From: Paraphysomonas bandaiensis
Taxonomy: Eukaryota > Protista > Chrysophyceae
Direction of reading: 5' to 3'
DNA: 64,000 bases
Assembly (NCBI GenBank): GCA_965644295.1
Contig: CBFFRP010000434.1
Span: 1-64,000, forward strand
Within the stretch, counting starts at the first letter, position 1, and each line of letters begins with the position of its first letter. The notes under the pieces are model-generated. The model did no database searches. It was not told the origin of the DNA and saw only the letters and a list, made by a program, of their open reading frames with translations. A program made the position numbers and the translations under genes. Positions 40,534 to 53,487 of the stretch are shown in pieces.

Positions 40534-40726
40534 ATTGGTGTAAGTAGTTCAGTTTCGGCTTATTTATATTTCTTTCTTGAATATTGTGTGGGATGATGGA
40601 TGTATATGTAAATTTTTCTTTGCGTTCGATCACATCTGCAATGTGTTAATTGCCTTTTATGACTATAACGAGGATATATGTTGTAACATTGTGATATCAG
40701 CCATACAGTATGATATGGAAACATTG

Positions 40727-40765
40727 TAGTGAATGTCTAATTATTAGCAATAGGTTTTAAGAGTC
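40727..40765 (+). repeat. Repeat family A, terminal fragment
   Basis: TAGTGAATGTCTAATTATTAGCAATAGGTTTTAAGAGTC. Confidence 0.65.
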
Positions 40766-40997
40766 CGATCTATGGAAACATAGTCAATGTAGCCGCTTGA
40801 ATGCTGCCCTAGTTTTCGAGCATGGATAGTGGATGATGGAATAAGGATAATGCCTACAATAGTAGATCAGAATATTGTGACATGTGACACCAATCGTATC
40901 TAGCTTATACCATTGGAGAAAAGTCTATACTTTTCATGTTTCTATACTTCCTGTCTTGAATAGAATATTGAAAAATATTTGTCTCAACTAAACTAAG

Positions 40998-42536
40998 TGG
41001 TGGATGTCTTATTATTCGCAATAGGCGTTTATGAGTCAGCGCTTAACTCTAGTATCCTACTATTTAACACTACGAATGCTGTTTGTGCGTTACCGGTGCA
41101 ACCACTTTTGCATTTGCACTATCTATCACTCAAAGCAAACACAGTGAGCATGCAGAAAGTCAATATACCTACCCATGTACTAAAGGCACTTAGAATTCAT
41201 CCTTTTTGCATCTGAAGCACCAGAGCCCACACGATGTCTACTACCGGGCGTCCTAGCGTACTCTAGATGGAAAAGGAGTTACACCATGTGAAGCACATGT
41301 CATGGGGTGGTCTTGCGCCAATTTTGCGCGGAACTAGTTAAGGTAATTGAATCAAAAGTAAATAGTCACTATCACTATACTGATACCTCTTGTTGAAGGA
41401 GGACAGGTGTGTTACGGGTTGTTTTGTGATTATATGGAGAAAAAATCACAATTCGATGTACTGCATCTGCACAAAATGATAGCATATATGCGCAGTTTTA
41501 GAGCACGTTTATACCTACTCCACACTCCTTAACAATGTTCGTTTTGGGACCTGAAACATTGCATTAGAGATGTGACAGAGAATACCCCTTAGCTAGCAGA
41601 AAACATGTGCCAAATTATTGACATACTGCTCAATGTATGTCAAATTCGAATAATTCAAATCGTTGCCCTGCACACATCTCACATATGTGAATGTAAAGGC
41701 ATGTGATACCAGCCAGTGTGAAGGTGTATTTAAGTGACATCAATGAAATGATGCAAGGTGATGAAGGCAAAGACAGTGCAGTGAAGGCAGTGAGGAGAAA
41801 GATTAGAAAACAAGAGTGGAGTGAGCTGTGTAGATCGATATCGACGTAGGAGGTACAGCAATTGACCAAATTATACGCATGGCATGCACCAACGCGATGC
41901 AGAGGTGTAAAAGTCGTGTCGATTTCGCACACCAACTGAGAATTACGCCCAACCTGGATGGCACCTCTTTCGTGGACCAGAATGGAGACCACATGTGGGA
42001 ATTCATTCGTTGTTGCTGACAGAGGTGGGCCACGCTATTAAGGTAGGGGCAAACCTGCCAAGGTAGACTCAACAAAGTTGGACTCACACCTTTCGTTGTG
42101 TTTTGGGAGATCAGCACCGAAGATATATATATCTCCGGGAAACTAACGTGAGCAGACATATAGTCAGTAGATAACGTTCTGCCCACTCATAGCCAGCAAA
42201 CGTTTCTGTTGTACAAGAGACACAAGGAAGTGTCAGTTGTTGGGAAGACGTCTTTGGGTCATGACGAATAAACAGGCACCCACGACTGGGCCCACGCCAA
42301 GGCCTCCGGGGTATTAGACTGCCTGCTGCTGAACTCAAAAATTCTGCATGCTCACTGCGTTTGCTTTGAGTGATAGAGCAAACGTTATTGCATCTCTATG
42401 CCTGCGGCGACGCACAAGAGCTTTTGTAGCGTTAAATAGTGGGATTCAGAGTTTAGCACTAGTTTTATAGTTAAATTGCAATCCTAAATTAATTCTGACT
42501 CTTAAACGCCTGTTGCTAATATTAAGACATTCACGA
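40998..42536. mobile_element. Inverted pair of family A repeats (40998-41170 and 42245-42536) around ~1.1 kb; possible TIR element
   Basis: Reverse complement of 42340-42536 aligns to 41000-41160 apart from a ~40 bp indel; interior has decayed ORF-like sequence. Confidence 0.6.
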
Positions 42537-42945
42537 CAGGTCTAGTAGAGACATATATTTTAGCTATACATTCATTTCTCATTTACGCTTAAAGTTGTTT
42601 TTTATCTCAATTTAAATTTAGTAGGTTTGTCTACCACTTTTACTTCAGTAGGGACAAAATATGCAACCATAAAATATTCGGCACACAGCTCTGCTATTTA
42701 CTCACATACACAACTTGAAAATATTTCCCCTACAAATCTAAAGTAAGCCAACGCTACAAATTGGAAATTCCCTATTAGTTTACACGAGCATACAATATGA
42801 CTACTGTTGTCACTACTTCTAGTTAAAATAATATAGTAGTTTCTACCAAGGTTTACTGGTAAATCAAGAAATGTACCGCACGCGCCAATATATCAATACA
42901 ACATAATGAGGTTCATATCACGGAATAATTCACATGAAGATATGC

Positions 42946-45900
42946 TTATGACTTTTTCTGTGGTCTCAAATAGGAATGCTGACATATCCTAAGGACGTCC
43001 GGTCGATACCGCTGGTCACTCGTTAAGCAAGTTTGAATAAAGTCCTTGGCTTCTTCAGATACTTTCTGAAAATTTCCAGAGGTACCCATGCTTTTACAGC
43101 TATTCTCATGGGGGAAATCCACCTATGACAGACACATAATCAGCACCACCACCCTCGCATATTATGTATACAATACTTAAAACATTCAATATGCAGCTAA
43201 CACTAAAACAAACAGGTTTAACAGCTAAATGTGTATACTGGTAAGGGTATTTATAATTTATGGGTGCAGTGCGTCTTGACCATACATCCGTGTATAAAAC
43301 ATAGAGCATAAGCACGCAGAATGAAAAAATACTTGATTGTATGCCGTATTATTTAAAACCGCTAATTACATACCTGGGTGGCATTAAGCATAATTCCTTC
43401 TGAAAGCACACGCTCCTGAGTCTTTCCTTCTCCAAATGGGCGTCGCCCATATAGCATCTGCAGTATACCATAATCGTCACTATAAACCTCTCATAATATA
43501 TGAAAACATTGAGAGCACAGCACATGCTACACATAGCTATTGTGCGTGTCAGGGAAAAGGTGTGTGCATGCCTGATAAAATATGACTCCAAGAGACCAGA
43601 CATCGACCTTGTTTGATATTCTAAATACACAGTTAGTTGCGGAGCTGATAGTAGCAATTTAGTCACGACTTCGTATCTTACAAAACAGTATATATAATAC
43701 TTTGATATTTATATCCAAACCTAAATATGTTTGCTACATGACGTAACCAATAAGTAGTAGAACTGTACTTATCTACTAAACATTCAATGTTCAGTTTGTA
43801 CCTGGGGGGCGAATCGCCACGTCCGAAGCATTCAGGCGGAAGGTACCAATATGTGCCTGCACCTTGAGAGGTCAGTTCCACGGAAGTGTGATCATCGGCA
43901 TCTTCCAGGATCTGTATTATATATAGAATTTATAAGTTAAAATATACACGTAAATACGTATGCGCGTTTATTCGTCATATACAAAGTGCATACATCGACT
44001 TCTATTAATGACACACACTCAGCACCTTCGATAAACCAAAGTCAGTAATCTTAACGTCTCCCATAGTATCAAACAAAATATTCGCTGGCTTTAGGTCAAA
44101 GTGAATAATAGAACGCTTCCTGGGCGTATTTGGGGGGCGCATCTGTCCATTTTGTACACCTGTATTGTTGTTGGCATCATTTTCGTTAGAACTTCCATTC
44201 GTTGACACATTATGAGGTGAGTTTAAATACTTCAAGCCAGCCGCGATTTGCATCAAAATAGTTTTGGCATCCTTCTCTGGAATAGTTTTCATCGTTTTAA
44301 GCTTCTCATCAAGGTCAATTCCACGACATAGCTCAAGAACAGTTGCGAATGAGTTGACATCGATTTCAAATACATCGAATAGCTTCACTACCCGAGGATG
44401 ATCCAACTCTCTGCATAGTATGAATTACGTACGCAAATCAGTGGTACACAGAAGTAGTAGTGCACCTATGAATCATATATTCTCTGGTAACGTGCTTCAC
44501 ATACGACTGTTTTCGTGACTCAGACCAGGATGGATTAAGTTGATGTACCTGTGGGGGAAGTTAGCGGAAGTGACTAGTTGAAAATAAACAGCATATACCT
44601 TAATGGCAACCTCGTCGAGCTTAACCAAGTCAAGAGCCTTCCACACTTCACTAAAACCACCCCTCCCGAGCATACTCAGCAATACATATCTCTGTGCACT
44701 ACGTGTGAAGCAAACCCAGACGACACCATACTAACAAACCTTTCTAAGGCAAGGCAGATCTTTTGCAAAACGGGAGTTATCTTCACTTTGGCAGCGCTTT
44801 AGCTCCTACAAAAAAAACAGTTAGCACATATTACAAGCCACAATATGAATACGGCTAGCTCGGTACTAACCCTCCACCTGGCATATGCACTAACCTTCTG
44901 GTGGGCGGCTTTTTCAGACTCCAGTAATCGCCTCTCCTCCGCTAATGCTAGCTCATCACGACGAAGCTGCTCCATATGCATACGCACAGCATTCTCCTCG
45001 GTTAGAATATCTAAATCCGAGGTACTAACAACAGCGTCCTCATCTTCAGGGGAGTCTATAAACACAACAGCAAATGTAAGTACATATTCTGCACGACAAA
45101 ACAACACCAATTGAAAATGGTACGAATATACTATATTTAGCTCTTTACCTTGTGCCTTTTTGCTGGCATAGTGACGTTTCTTCAGATTCTTGAGACGAGT
45201 TCGTCTCTTTTCAAGCTCCTCTCTTCGGTCTGAGAGTTCCGCAGTGCGACTGTTGAGCTCCTTCAAAGCATACCCCTCTTCCCACACATCTGTCACAGAC
45301 ACACCTGCACCACAAAACAAAGTAGAATATTACACTACATTATGACTATACTCATAACACTGAACTTACCCGTTCTAATTGTGATTATTTTCCCGAGTCT
45401 TACGCAGTCAGCAGCCAGTCTGTCTCTCTTCCGCCTCATCTCCTGCTGAGCCATCAGTCTGTATACCTCCTCCAAAGCGCCACTAAGCTTCATACTTCGA
45501 TCTTCCAATTCACGGTATCTGAAATCACAAAATATCACTATCACCAAAACAAGCTTAGTTAAAGTAAAGTCTCAAATCACTATTCAAGTGCCGGGATTGG
45601 TGTTCATGAATATCTACCTTTCCATTTGAGACTTAAGATCGGCCTCCAGCCTCGAAGCCTACAATACGAAAAGAACAATGAGTGCGACGTAATAACTTTA
45701 GAAATGTACTAGCACCACACACTACTTATACATACTTTCCGCTCCGCTTGCTCTTTGGCTTGTTTCAACAAATCGTTCTGCTTTTTCCATTCGACGGCAT
45801 TGAACGCCCCTCCACAGGCTACTGCGCTCCTCTCAAATGAGACGGAAGAAGATGACACCTTATCGTAGGTAGGTGTAGTGGACTCGCGATCAGAAGGGCC

Positions 45901-46677
45901 TATGGAAGTATGAAATAAACAAACTCCGCATAAGAACACATGTGAACCAGTATACAGAGCAGTTGATGGCATATTACTGTTAGAAACACTACCATTCTTT
46001 ATCAACATTACTACATTGTTTCAGGAGAGTACACACAACTGAATTACTTACCTGGTACTGTTGCCTTTGTGGCCAGTTTGGAGCTCTGAAAAGATGTGGT
46101 TGAACCGTCGCCTTGATTCGGGGCAAAGTAGCTCTCTATCTTTCTCATTCCAACAGCGCTAGAAGCACCTCTTGAGTTGCCTGCAGGTTTAAATAGTATA
46201 ACTTGCGAATTCAGTTTGGTATATCAACATGGCGTGCAATAATAATCGAGTTCCTCCAGTTCAGAACTCGTATTTAATAATATGGAATACTTACTTTCAT
46301 CGGGTTGTTCTAACTTTTGCCTCTTAGGAGTAGTTTCCTTTTTCCCGGTTTGGGACTCCTCTTTTTCAATACTGGAGAACTTTATCTTGCTATTGGATCC
46401 CTCTCGAGATAACTCCTTATCCCATTTATTAGAAGAGGACTTCTCAGAGCTCTCATCACATATATCGACCACCTCATGAGTGGCATCCATTACACCCTCC
46501 TGCACACAATACACAATGTAAGACGCCGACTGATAATACCATATAACCTGCCTGTTCTTGTGCCTGTGCCTGTTCTTGTGCTTGTGTCTGGTCCAGTGTC
46601 TGTGACTGTGTCTGGAGACCTAGACGACCCTGAAGCAGAGCCAGTCTGTTCTTCTCTACAGGGATATTCAGAGACAT
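42946..46677 (-). CDS. TLK: Tousled-like kinase (many exons, one GC-AG intron)
   Basis: Coiled-coil N-terminal half; [100 protein letters not shown]. Confidence 0.96.
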
Positions 46678-47226
46678 GACGGCTATACGAGTAGATCACA
46701 ATTAGAGCACATGATCGAGTGTTGGAGTGTGATGGTGCAGATATCTGAGGCAGAACAGGAGTGGTTGATATGGATAATATAGAGCTCTGCCGGACTGCTG
46801 TATATGTATGGTACGCTGCATCTCTCATAGGATAATATACGGAACTACACTACACTCGCATATACGTGCTTACTACACTGCAGTATACAACCCTCTCAAT
46901 AAATCCTTATTTTAAAATTTGAATATGATTTTTAAATACAGCTCTGTACAGTATATCCGTGAGTTTATGTACACCAACTAAAAAACTGGACAATTGGGAG
47001 CTATAACTACTACGACTGTATGCCCTGAAACTCAGTATTACACTGCACTGTATTTTATGTATTCTCAATTTCTATTTGAATTCAAATACTGTGTGTGTGA
47101 GGTATGATATGGTGGTGTGGTGTGGTGTGGTGAAAGGGGAGTGCTTCAATAGTATTCATTATGTCCATGTGATCACTATCAATACCACTTTTACTTCACA
47201 CATCTATCAAACATCTCCACTCAAAT

Positions 47227-48048
47227 ATGGCTCTAGTTAACGTGACCGGTGTGACTGTAATGGACAACCCCACCAAGTACACAAACCCCTTTACGTTTGA
47301 CGTACAATTCGAATGTATACAGGAACTACCAGATGGTATCCCCCTCTATCGCTCCTTATGAATGACATGAAATAACTCGTCGTATGCAGATATTGAGTGG
47401 AAAGTAACCTATGTGGGTAGTGCGAATGATCCGACTCAAGACCAAGTGTTAGAGGAAGTACTGGTGGGTCCTGTAGTGGTTGGATTAAATCGATTCACGC
47501 TCCAAGCCCCTCCACCAAATTATAATGCCATTGCTGTGCCTGATTTAATTGGTGTTACTGTTCTTCTTATCACATGCTCTTACATGGATGAAGAATTTGT
47601 GCGAATTGGGTAATGAGATATATTGCTGCGTTCCACTTGTTTTGTTAACATATATACCAACTAAATACAGATATTACGTAAATAATGAGTATACCGCGCC
47701 TGACTATGACCCAGAAGCTGGATTGCCGCCTTCCGTCGATGTGAACTATTTGTACAGGTGTGTGCAATATTTTAACTTGTACCCGTCTCTCTATGTTTGA
47801 AATTCATAATCGGTATTCGTCTCCACAGAAATATATTGGCTGATCGTCCAATCGTTACTCGCATCAATATTGATTGGAGTGGTACTGGATCCATTGAAAT
47901 GCCTCCCGCAGATTCGTATGATGTTGATGAGAACGAAGAGATGGCTATTAATGTGGGGACGGGTGATAATTATCACGGAAGGACTCTGGAATGTGAAGAT
48001 TCCATGGATGTTGATGAGATTCAACAGGAGGCGCGTAGAATTTTTTAA
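47227..48048 (+). CDS. ASF1: Histone H3-H4 chaperone ASF1 (3 introns)
   Basis: NPFTFDVQFECI, DIEWKVTYVGSA, DQVLEEVLVGPV, GVTVLLITCSY..EFVRIG|YYVNNEY, ILADRPIVTRINIDW. Confidence 0.97.
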
Positions 48049-48599
48049 TTATCAACCCATTCCACTCTGACTATTAGTTGTTGTGTGTCTTATCCGCTCA
48101 CAACAAACGAAATGTCTTGTAGTAGCGCCTGTTCAGTGGAATATGTTGTGGAGTATAGTGTTTATTAATTTGTAGATTATTGGTCATTCGTGATGTGCAA
48201 CAGTTGCTTCCTTATGAAATAATTATTTTGATAGTTCCGAACTTTATTCAGTTGTATTATGTTACATTCAACATTACTTGGGATTAAGATCTCAGAAATA
48301 TTATCTGTGCAGAAATTGTTGACGGCTGAAATATTTATACGCTATATTCCTCCCAAGTAATATAACTGTTGCTACAGCTCACCGTTGCGAGAACCCTATT
48401 GTATTCAAGAAGCATTCATCTAGCCGATACACTTGCCAGTCTAGAACACCTATCGTGGAGGGTTTCGATTATCGATCAAACCAATATAATGCGTACGTAG
48501 CTATCTTCCACCACATGCTATGTGCTATGTGTAATGATAATAAAATTACATACGAAGGCCTCTGGAATAAAATTACAGTTGAGCAAGCTTTGTAGGCAG

Positions 48600-48840
48600 C
48601 TATTGAACTACTAAATTTTTTAACCTACTAAATTTTACAGATGTTTCTACTAAAGTAAAAATGGCAGTTGAGCCGAATTGAAACTTAGTAAAATCGATTA
48701 TTTTTTAAGTTAGTAGAAATATCTGAAAAATTAGTAGGCTCAGCTGCCATTTTTAATTTAATAGGAACATCCGCAAAGTTTAGTAGGAAGAAATGGCACT
48801 TTCTAGTTCAGTAAGAACGTCGGATAATCTTAGTAGGGAC
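48600..48840. repeat. Foldback/MITE-like palindromic element with CTACTAA/TTAGTAG subrepeats
   Basis: Imperfect 51-bp inverted arms at 48624-48674 and 48737-48787. Confidence 0.65.
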
Positions 48841-49518
48841 GAATATATTTCCGCTATTGTATAGGCACTTGAGTACTAATTAATTGATATCAAATAATAA
48901 TCAATTGCGACTACAACCTGCGTCTATTAATTGACAATTAATTAATTACTCACCTTTATGCAAGAATTTCAATACCTCGCAATTGCAATTCCCTCAGTAT
49001 CCTTCTGTTGTAGGAATATATTCGTAGCTATTATAAAATATTGGGGATTTATGGCCATTTCTTAAGTTTATATATAGGTCCCATTAGAAACAATACTTCG
49101 ATTTTTTCATTTCACTATTACAACTAGATATTTATTCTAGATATGTTAGGTATTAAACATCAAGAGGATAAGCTACAATTTAAACTAATGATAAGGAGTA
49201 ATTATTGTTTCTTGTCCAAGTTTTAAAACTCGGGCTTTTCTCCATCATTTCAAAATATAGAGCATTTCCATTCGCAAAAAAAGAAAAGAGTACTTCTCGG
49301 ATGCATATTTATCGTTTGCACCAACTAATATATTATACTCAATACCACAAACGCCATTCTATAGCGAGTCTCCGTTGTAAGCAGTACAACAACATGAAAT
49401 AACCACTTAAACAAGTATTTTAGACACATAATTTGAACAAGGGAGTGAGTCTATAATATACTGATAACGATAAGGGACGAGCGAAATACAGACATTCGGC
49501 CAGGTTTGTACACGCTGC

Positions 49519-49945
49519 ATGTATGTATGTATGTATGTATGTATGTATGTATGTATGTATGTATGTATGTATGTATGTATGTATGTATGTATGTATGTAT
49601 GTATGTATGTATGTATGTATGTATGTATGTATGTATGTATGTATGTATGTATGTATGTATGTATGTATGTATGTATGTATGTATGTATGTATGTATGTAT
49701 GTATGTATGTATGTATGTATGTATGTATGTATGTATGTATGTATGTATGTATGTATGTATGTATGTATGTATGTATGTATGTATGTATGTATGTATGTAT
49801 GTATGTATGTATGTATGTATGTATGTATGTATGTATGTATGTATGTATGTATGTATGTATGTATGTATGTATGTATGTATGTATGTATGTATGTATGTAT
49901 GTATGTATGTATGTATGTATGTATGTATGTATGTATGTATGTATG
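49519..49945 (+). repeat. (TATG)n microsatellite, ~0.43 kb
   Basis: Direct observation; ~160 bp upstream of the ATG at 50106. Confidence 0.97.
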
Positions 49946-50105
49946 TGTGTATCTTATCATGTATCTTTGAGGGAGTTGTCTGTGGTCTCTTCCTTCGCAC
50001 ATTCGAGTTGCCTGTGGTCTATGGGATGAGATAGTTCACATGATACCCTCTTCAGTGGATTGATTGGGACATTATTTAGTGTTAGTGTTGTTTGTGTGAG
50101 TAGCT

Positions 50106-52082
50106 ATGTCTAATCGGTGTGTGTTAGATGTTTATACGTATTCTGGTCGAGCTCATTTGCCCAGCCTTTCTTCAAGACGGCACTTCCCTATCGGCCCCGT
50201 ATCCTCGAAGATATCCCTTCCATGTCTTTCTGCTTCTCGATCCCGTCCTCCTGTTCCTCTCAAGGAAAGAATAATGAAGCTGGAGGCAGCCCTGGCACTG
50301 GAGCGACCCAGTAGTGTGGGAAAGGGGGATACTTCAGCGCGCAATACATCCTGCTCTAAAGCATCCATTCAGCGAACAAGATCAATAAGTTTTGATGGCC
50401 AGAGCATGTTGCATGCCGATCAGCCCCAATGTTCAGTAGATCATACGGCCTACGAGCTACCTGATATCATATCTCCGCGTACATCTCAGTTGATAATTTC
50501 TTCCTCAAACCCAGAAACACCTGAAGAAATATCCCCATCACCACTTACTATTGAAGGTAAGCTGGCGAACCGAGCGTTTCGAATTCCGACTACAGTAATG
50601 CCGTGCTGCGAGCCTGAGGATGTAATCATTGCCCGTGCTGAGTGTCGTATCCGCAAGCAGCTTAGATCTCAGGCTCATCTTGCCTGCGAGCAGGCTGCAA
50701 ATCGTGCACGCATTGAACAAATGGAAAAATCAAGGACAATTCATATTATTGAACACTCTGCGAAGCGGGTGTCCATATATCGCCAAAAGTTTTTTCTAGT
50801 TGTCCTCAAGTTGAAGGCGTACACCCACGAAATGAAGAAGAGGTACATAATTGCACGAGAAGAATACATGGCACCAAGAATTCATGCTGCGGAAATTTCT
50901 CAACGAATTGGAACTATAACTGGGTGTGTCCGTTGGATCATTATGATTCAGATTCGTAGAAAGCGTAAAGCTGTTGAGATTGTGAAATCAGCTATTACTT
51001 CCCTAGCAAACAGTATATCGGTATGGTATAAGAACTGTGTTTGCAATTAGTTCCTCTGAATAAATTTTATGGTGTAGTTAAAAAAGGGAATTCATAGACT
51101 TCGACATAAAGCCCGCGTCATTCAAAGGGCTGTGCGCTCCCATATATCCGCGAGAAAAGCCTCTTTAGATTCCCTTAGTCTCGTGTGGGATAAACTCGAG
51201 TTTGAGATACTCTTGGTACCAATATACTATATATGATCATACCGAAGCGTGACGATACTATTCATAGGGGATTCTGAAGCAGCGTGTTGCAAAAAGTCCG
51301 AATTCTGGCTGTGAAGCACGACAAGTTGATGCGGTTGATAGTCTTTTACGGTGACTGATCTCTACCTTGTATATCTAGTTCGTTATCATTGCTGTTGTAA
51401 TATTCAGAGTTCCAAGTCATGTTCAAGGAGACCGCTGGGGTCATTCAGACCTAAGCACAGTTAAAATATTGAAGGTATAGTTATTGTATTCAGTGACATG
51501 TGGTATATATGTATTGCTTATTAATTACTTCTTAGAAATCAAAAGGCGGTCCTTGTCGAGTTCAGAGAGTGCTCCCTCATCAGATCGTTTCAGCCGTAAC
51601 TATCACGGACTCTTTCGTGCGCCAATATATGATTCCTATTCGGATTAGGGAACAAGTTATCTTCGACATCTTTCAGCAGAAGGTAGGATCCTTCACATAT
51701 TTACGTGGGCTTTTAAGGTTATGTGTTGTCTATTTGTACGACAGAGGAAGGAATATATTCATTCTTTTTTCAACCGAATCAATATGAAAACGGTTCGAAT
51801 ATATCAACCTGTGGTAAGATTTTTCTTAACTGTATACGATGCGGGCTCATTTTAAAGTTGTCAGTACACTGAAGATGACGCCAGAGAATACTTAAGAGGA
51901 CGTATGGACCAGGGAATTAACTCCTGCGCTGTCATGGGATTTAAAGGAACCTTCAACGCTCTACGGCAAGTACTATGTGCACCCAATAGATGTGTATTTG
52001 ATATTTGGAATTTGGCAGTGTTATTCGTGAAGATGAGTTGAGACGACGAATAATCGCGCTACATAAACACTCCTTGATATAA
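50106..52082 (+). CDS. Uncharacterised multi-exon protein with IQ-like basic helices
   Basis: Long first ORF followed by short GT-AG exons; ARVIQRAVRSHISARK is IQ-like. Confidence 0.6.
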
Positions 52083-52571
52083 GTGATGTAACCCATCACA
52101 TGATGCTACTCGTTGCAGTGTACTATGAATTAACAGTACTATTCATACTGTTGTGGTTGATTTTCTGAAACACTCGTTCATGAATAAATAAATGTTCACC
52201 TTATTTCATTCCTATACAGAATGGTATTCCAAATTGCCAGCCTTTCAGTAAGCTCTGCGTAATATACACTTTTCTAACAAAAGTTTCTGCAATTGTATAC
52301 AGAGAACAGGGACTGCAGGAGTGTATCATGTGATTCACTTCATAAATGTGTGTATCTAGTATCTAACATAGGGCGTAATAAATATTATGTGCTACAGCAC
52401 GTGATGATAAATGAAATATTAAATTAAACATTAAAAATAACAACACCATGTTTGCCTTTACTAAATAGACAAAGATCACAACAACGAAATGACATAGTGT
52501 GGTAAATACAGAAGCCCTACATACAATATCCAACAACTCTCACAAGAAATAAATCATACTGCAATCGGCGC

Positions 52572-52874
52572 TTAATGTAATTCAAGAAGAATGTCGGCAT
52601 CGGATATTATCCCTAAATTAAAATAAGTCTCGTTCTCACTTAGGAACCTGTTGGAGCCGAGAATACGATAACTACACCGGCTCATGTCAATATTTTCTCT
52701 GGAACATATGACTTCCATGAGCCTCTTGCACGTTTGCTTCACTTTAACTTTGATAACATACGGCAAATACACTACTTCAGGAGAACGACTGGAATTATTC
52801 GGGGCAAGAGCAATCGATAGGTGTATAACCTCTTCCCCAGTATATAACTTCTTTACCATCCCACTACCACTCAC
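52572..52874 (-). CDS. Small protein or last exon with a ubiquitin/SUMO-like domain; 5' end unresolved
   Basis: IKVKVKQTCKRLMEVICSRENID...RFLSENETYFNLGIISDADILL resembles a beta-grasp/SUMO-like fold. Confidence 0.5.
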   Translation of the reverse strand: MSGSGMVKKLYTGEEVIHLSIALAPNNSSRSPEVVYLPYVIKVKVKQTCKRLMEVICSRENIDMSRCSYRILGSNRFLSENETYFNLGIISDADILLELH

Positions 52875-53487
52875 TGCTTAATATGTTGACAACTAACCAC
52901 TAATATAATGTTAGTAACTGTGTCATGAAGTGTAATTACGTGTTAAATGAGTGGAATTAGCAGAGCAGTAACAGATACAGTGCAATATGGATATCTGTTC
53001 TTTGCAATCATAATCACAGTCATCATGTTCGATCCTTCCATAACAGCATCTTCTTCTCCACCGGCTACACCCATATCTACATACGCACGCGGGCCAATCA
53101 TCGGGCCGTGATGTATGCCATCAAGGAAAAGAACACACAAGAAGGGATTCGGAGATTCTTCTGGACTGCTGCTTGGAACTCCTAAACTACTCTTCCGCTG
53201 CCGTACAACTGTACTACACTGTATCTGTCGTAGAAGGAATTCCTACAGCACTGTATTTTACCATCATACGTGGAACACTTCTTGCGATCCTGTGAGGATA
53301 CACCACAACACTGTACTGTGGTAGGTATACCTAGCAAAGTAGGAAGTGTGTATGTATGGTATGCCCAGTTCTACAGCAGTGTAGTACCCACATGATACGA
53401 TAGATTTGGTCGGCTACTCCACTGCACTGCAGCATAAGTCATCTCATCACAACCATATATTGCATTCCATCGCACTCCACCGCTACC

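Noticed and set aside
13407-48048. Chromatin gene cluster (SET, WAPL, TLK, ASF1)
   Set aside because: Interspersed with unrelated genes, and the SET protein is of a mainly non-histone type; only the TLK-ASF1 link is specific
48601-48611. TATTGAACTAC identical to the LTR start
   Set aside because: The match ends after 11 bp; probably chance
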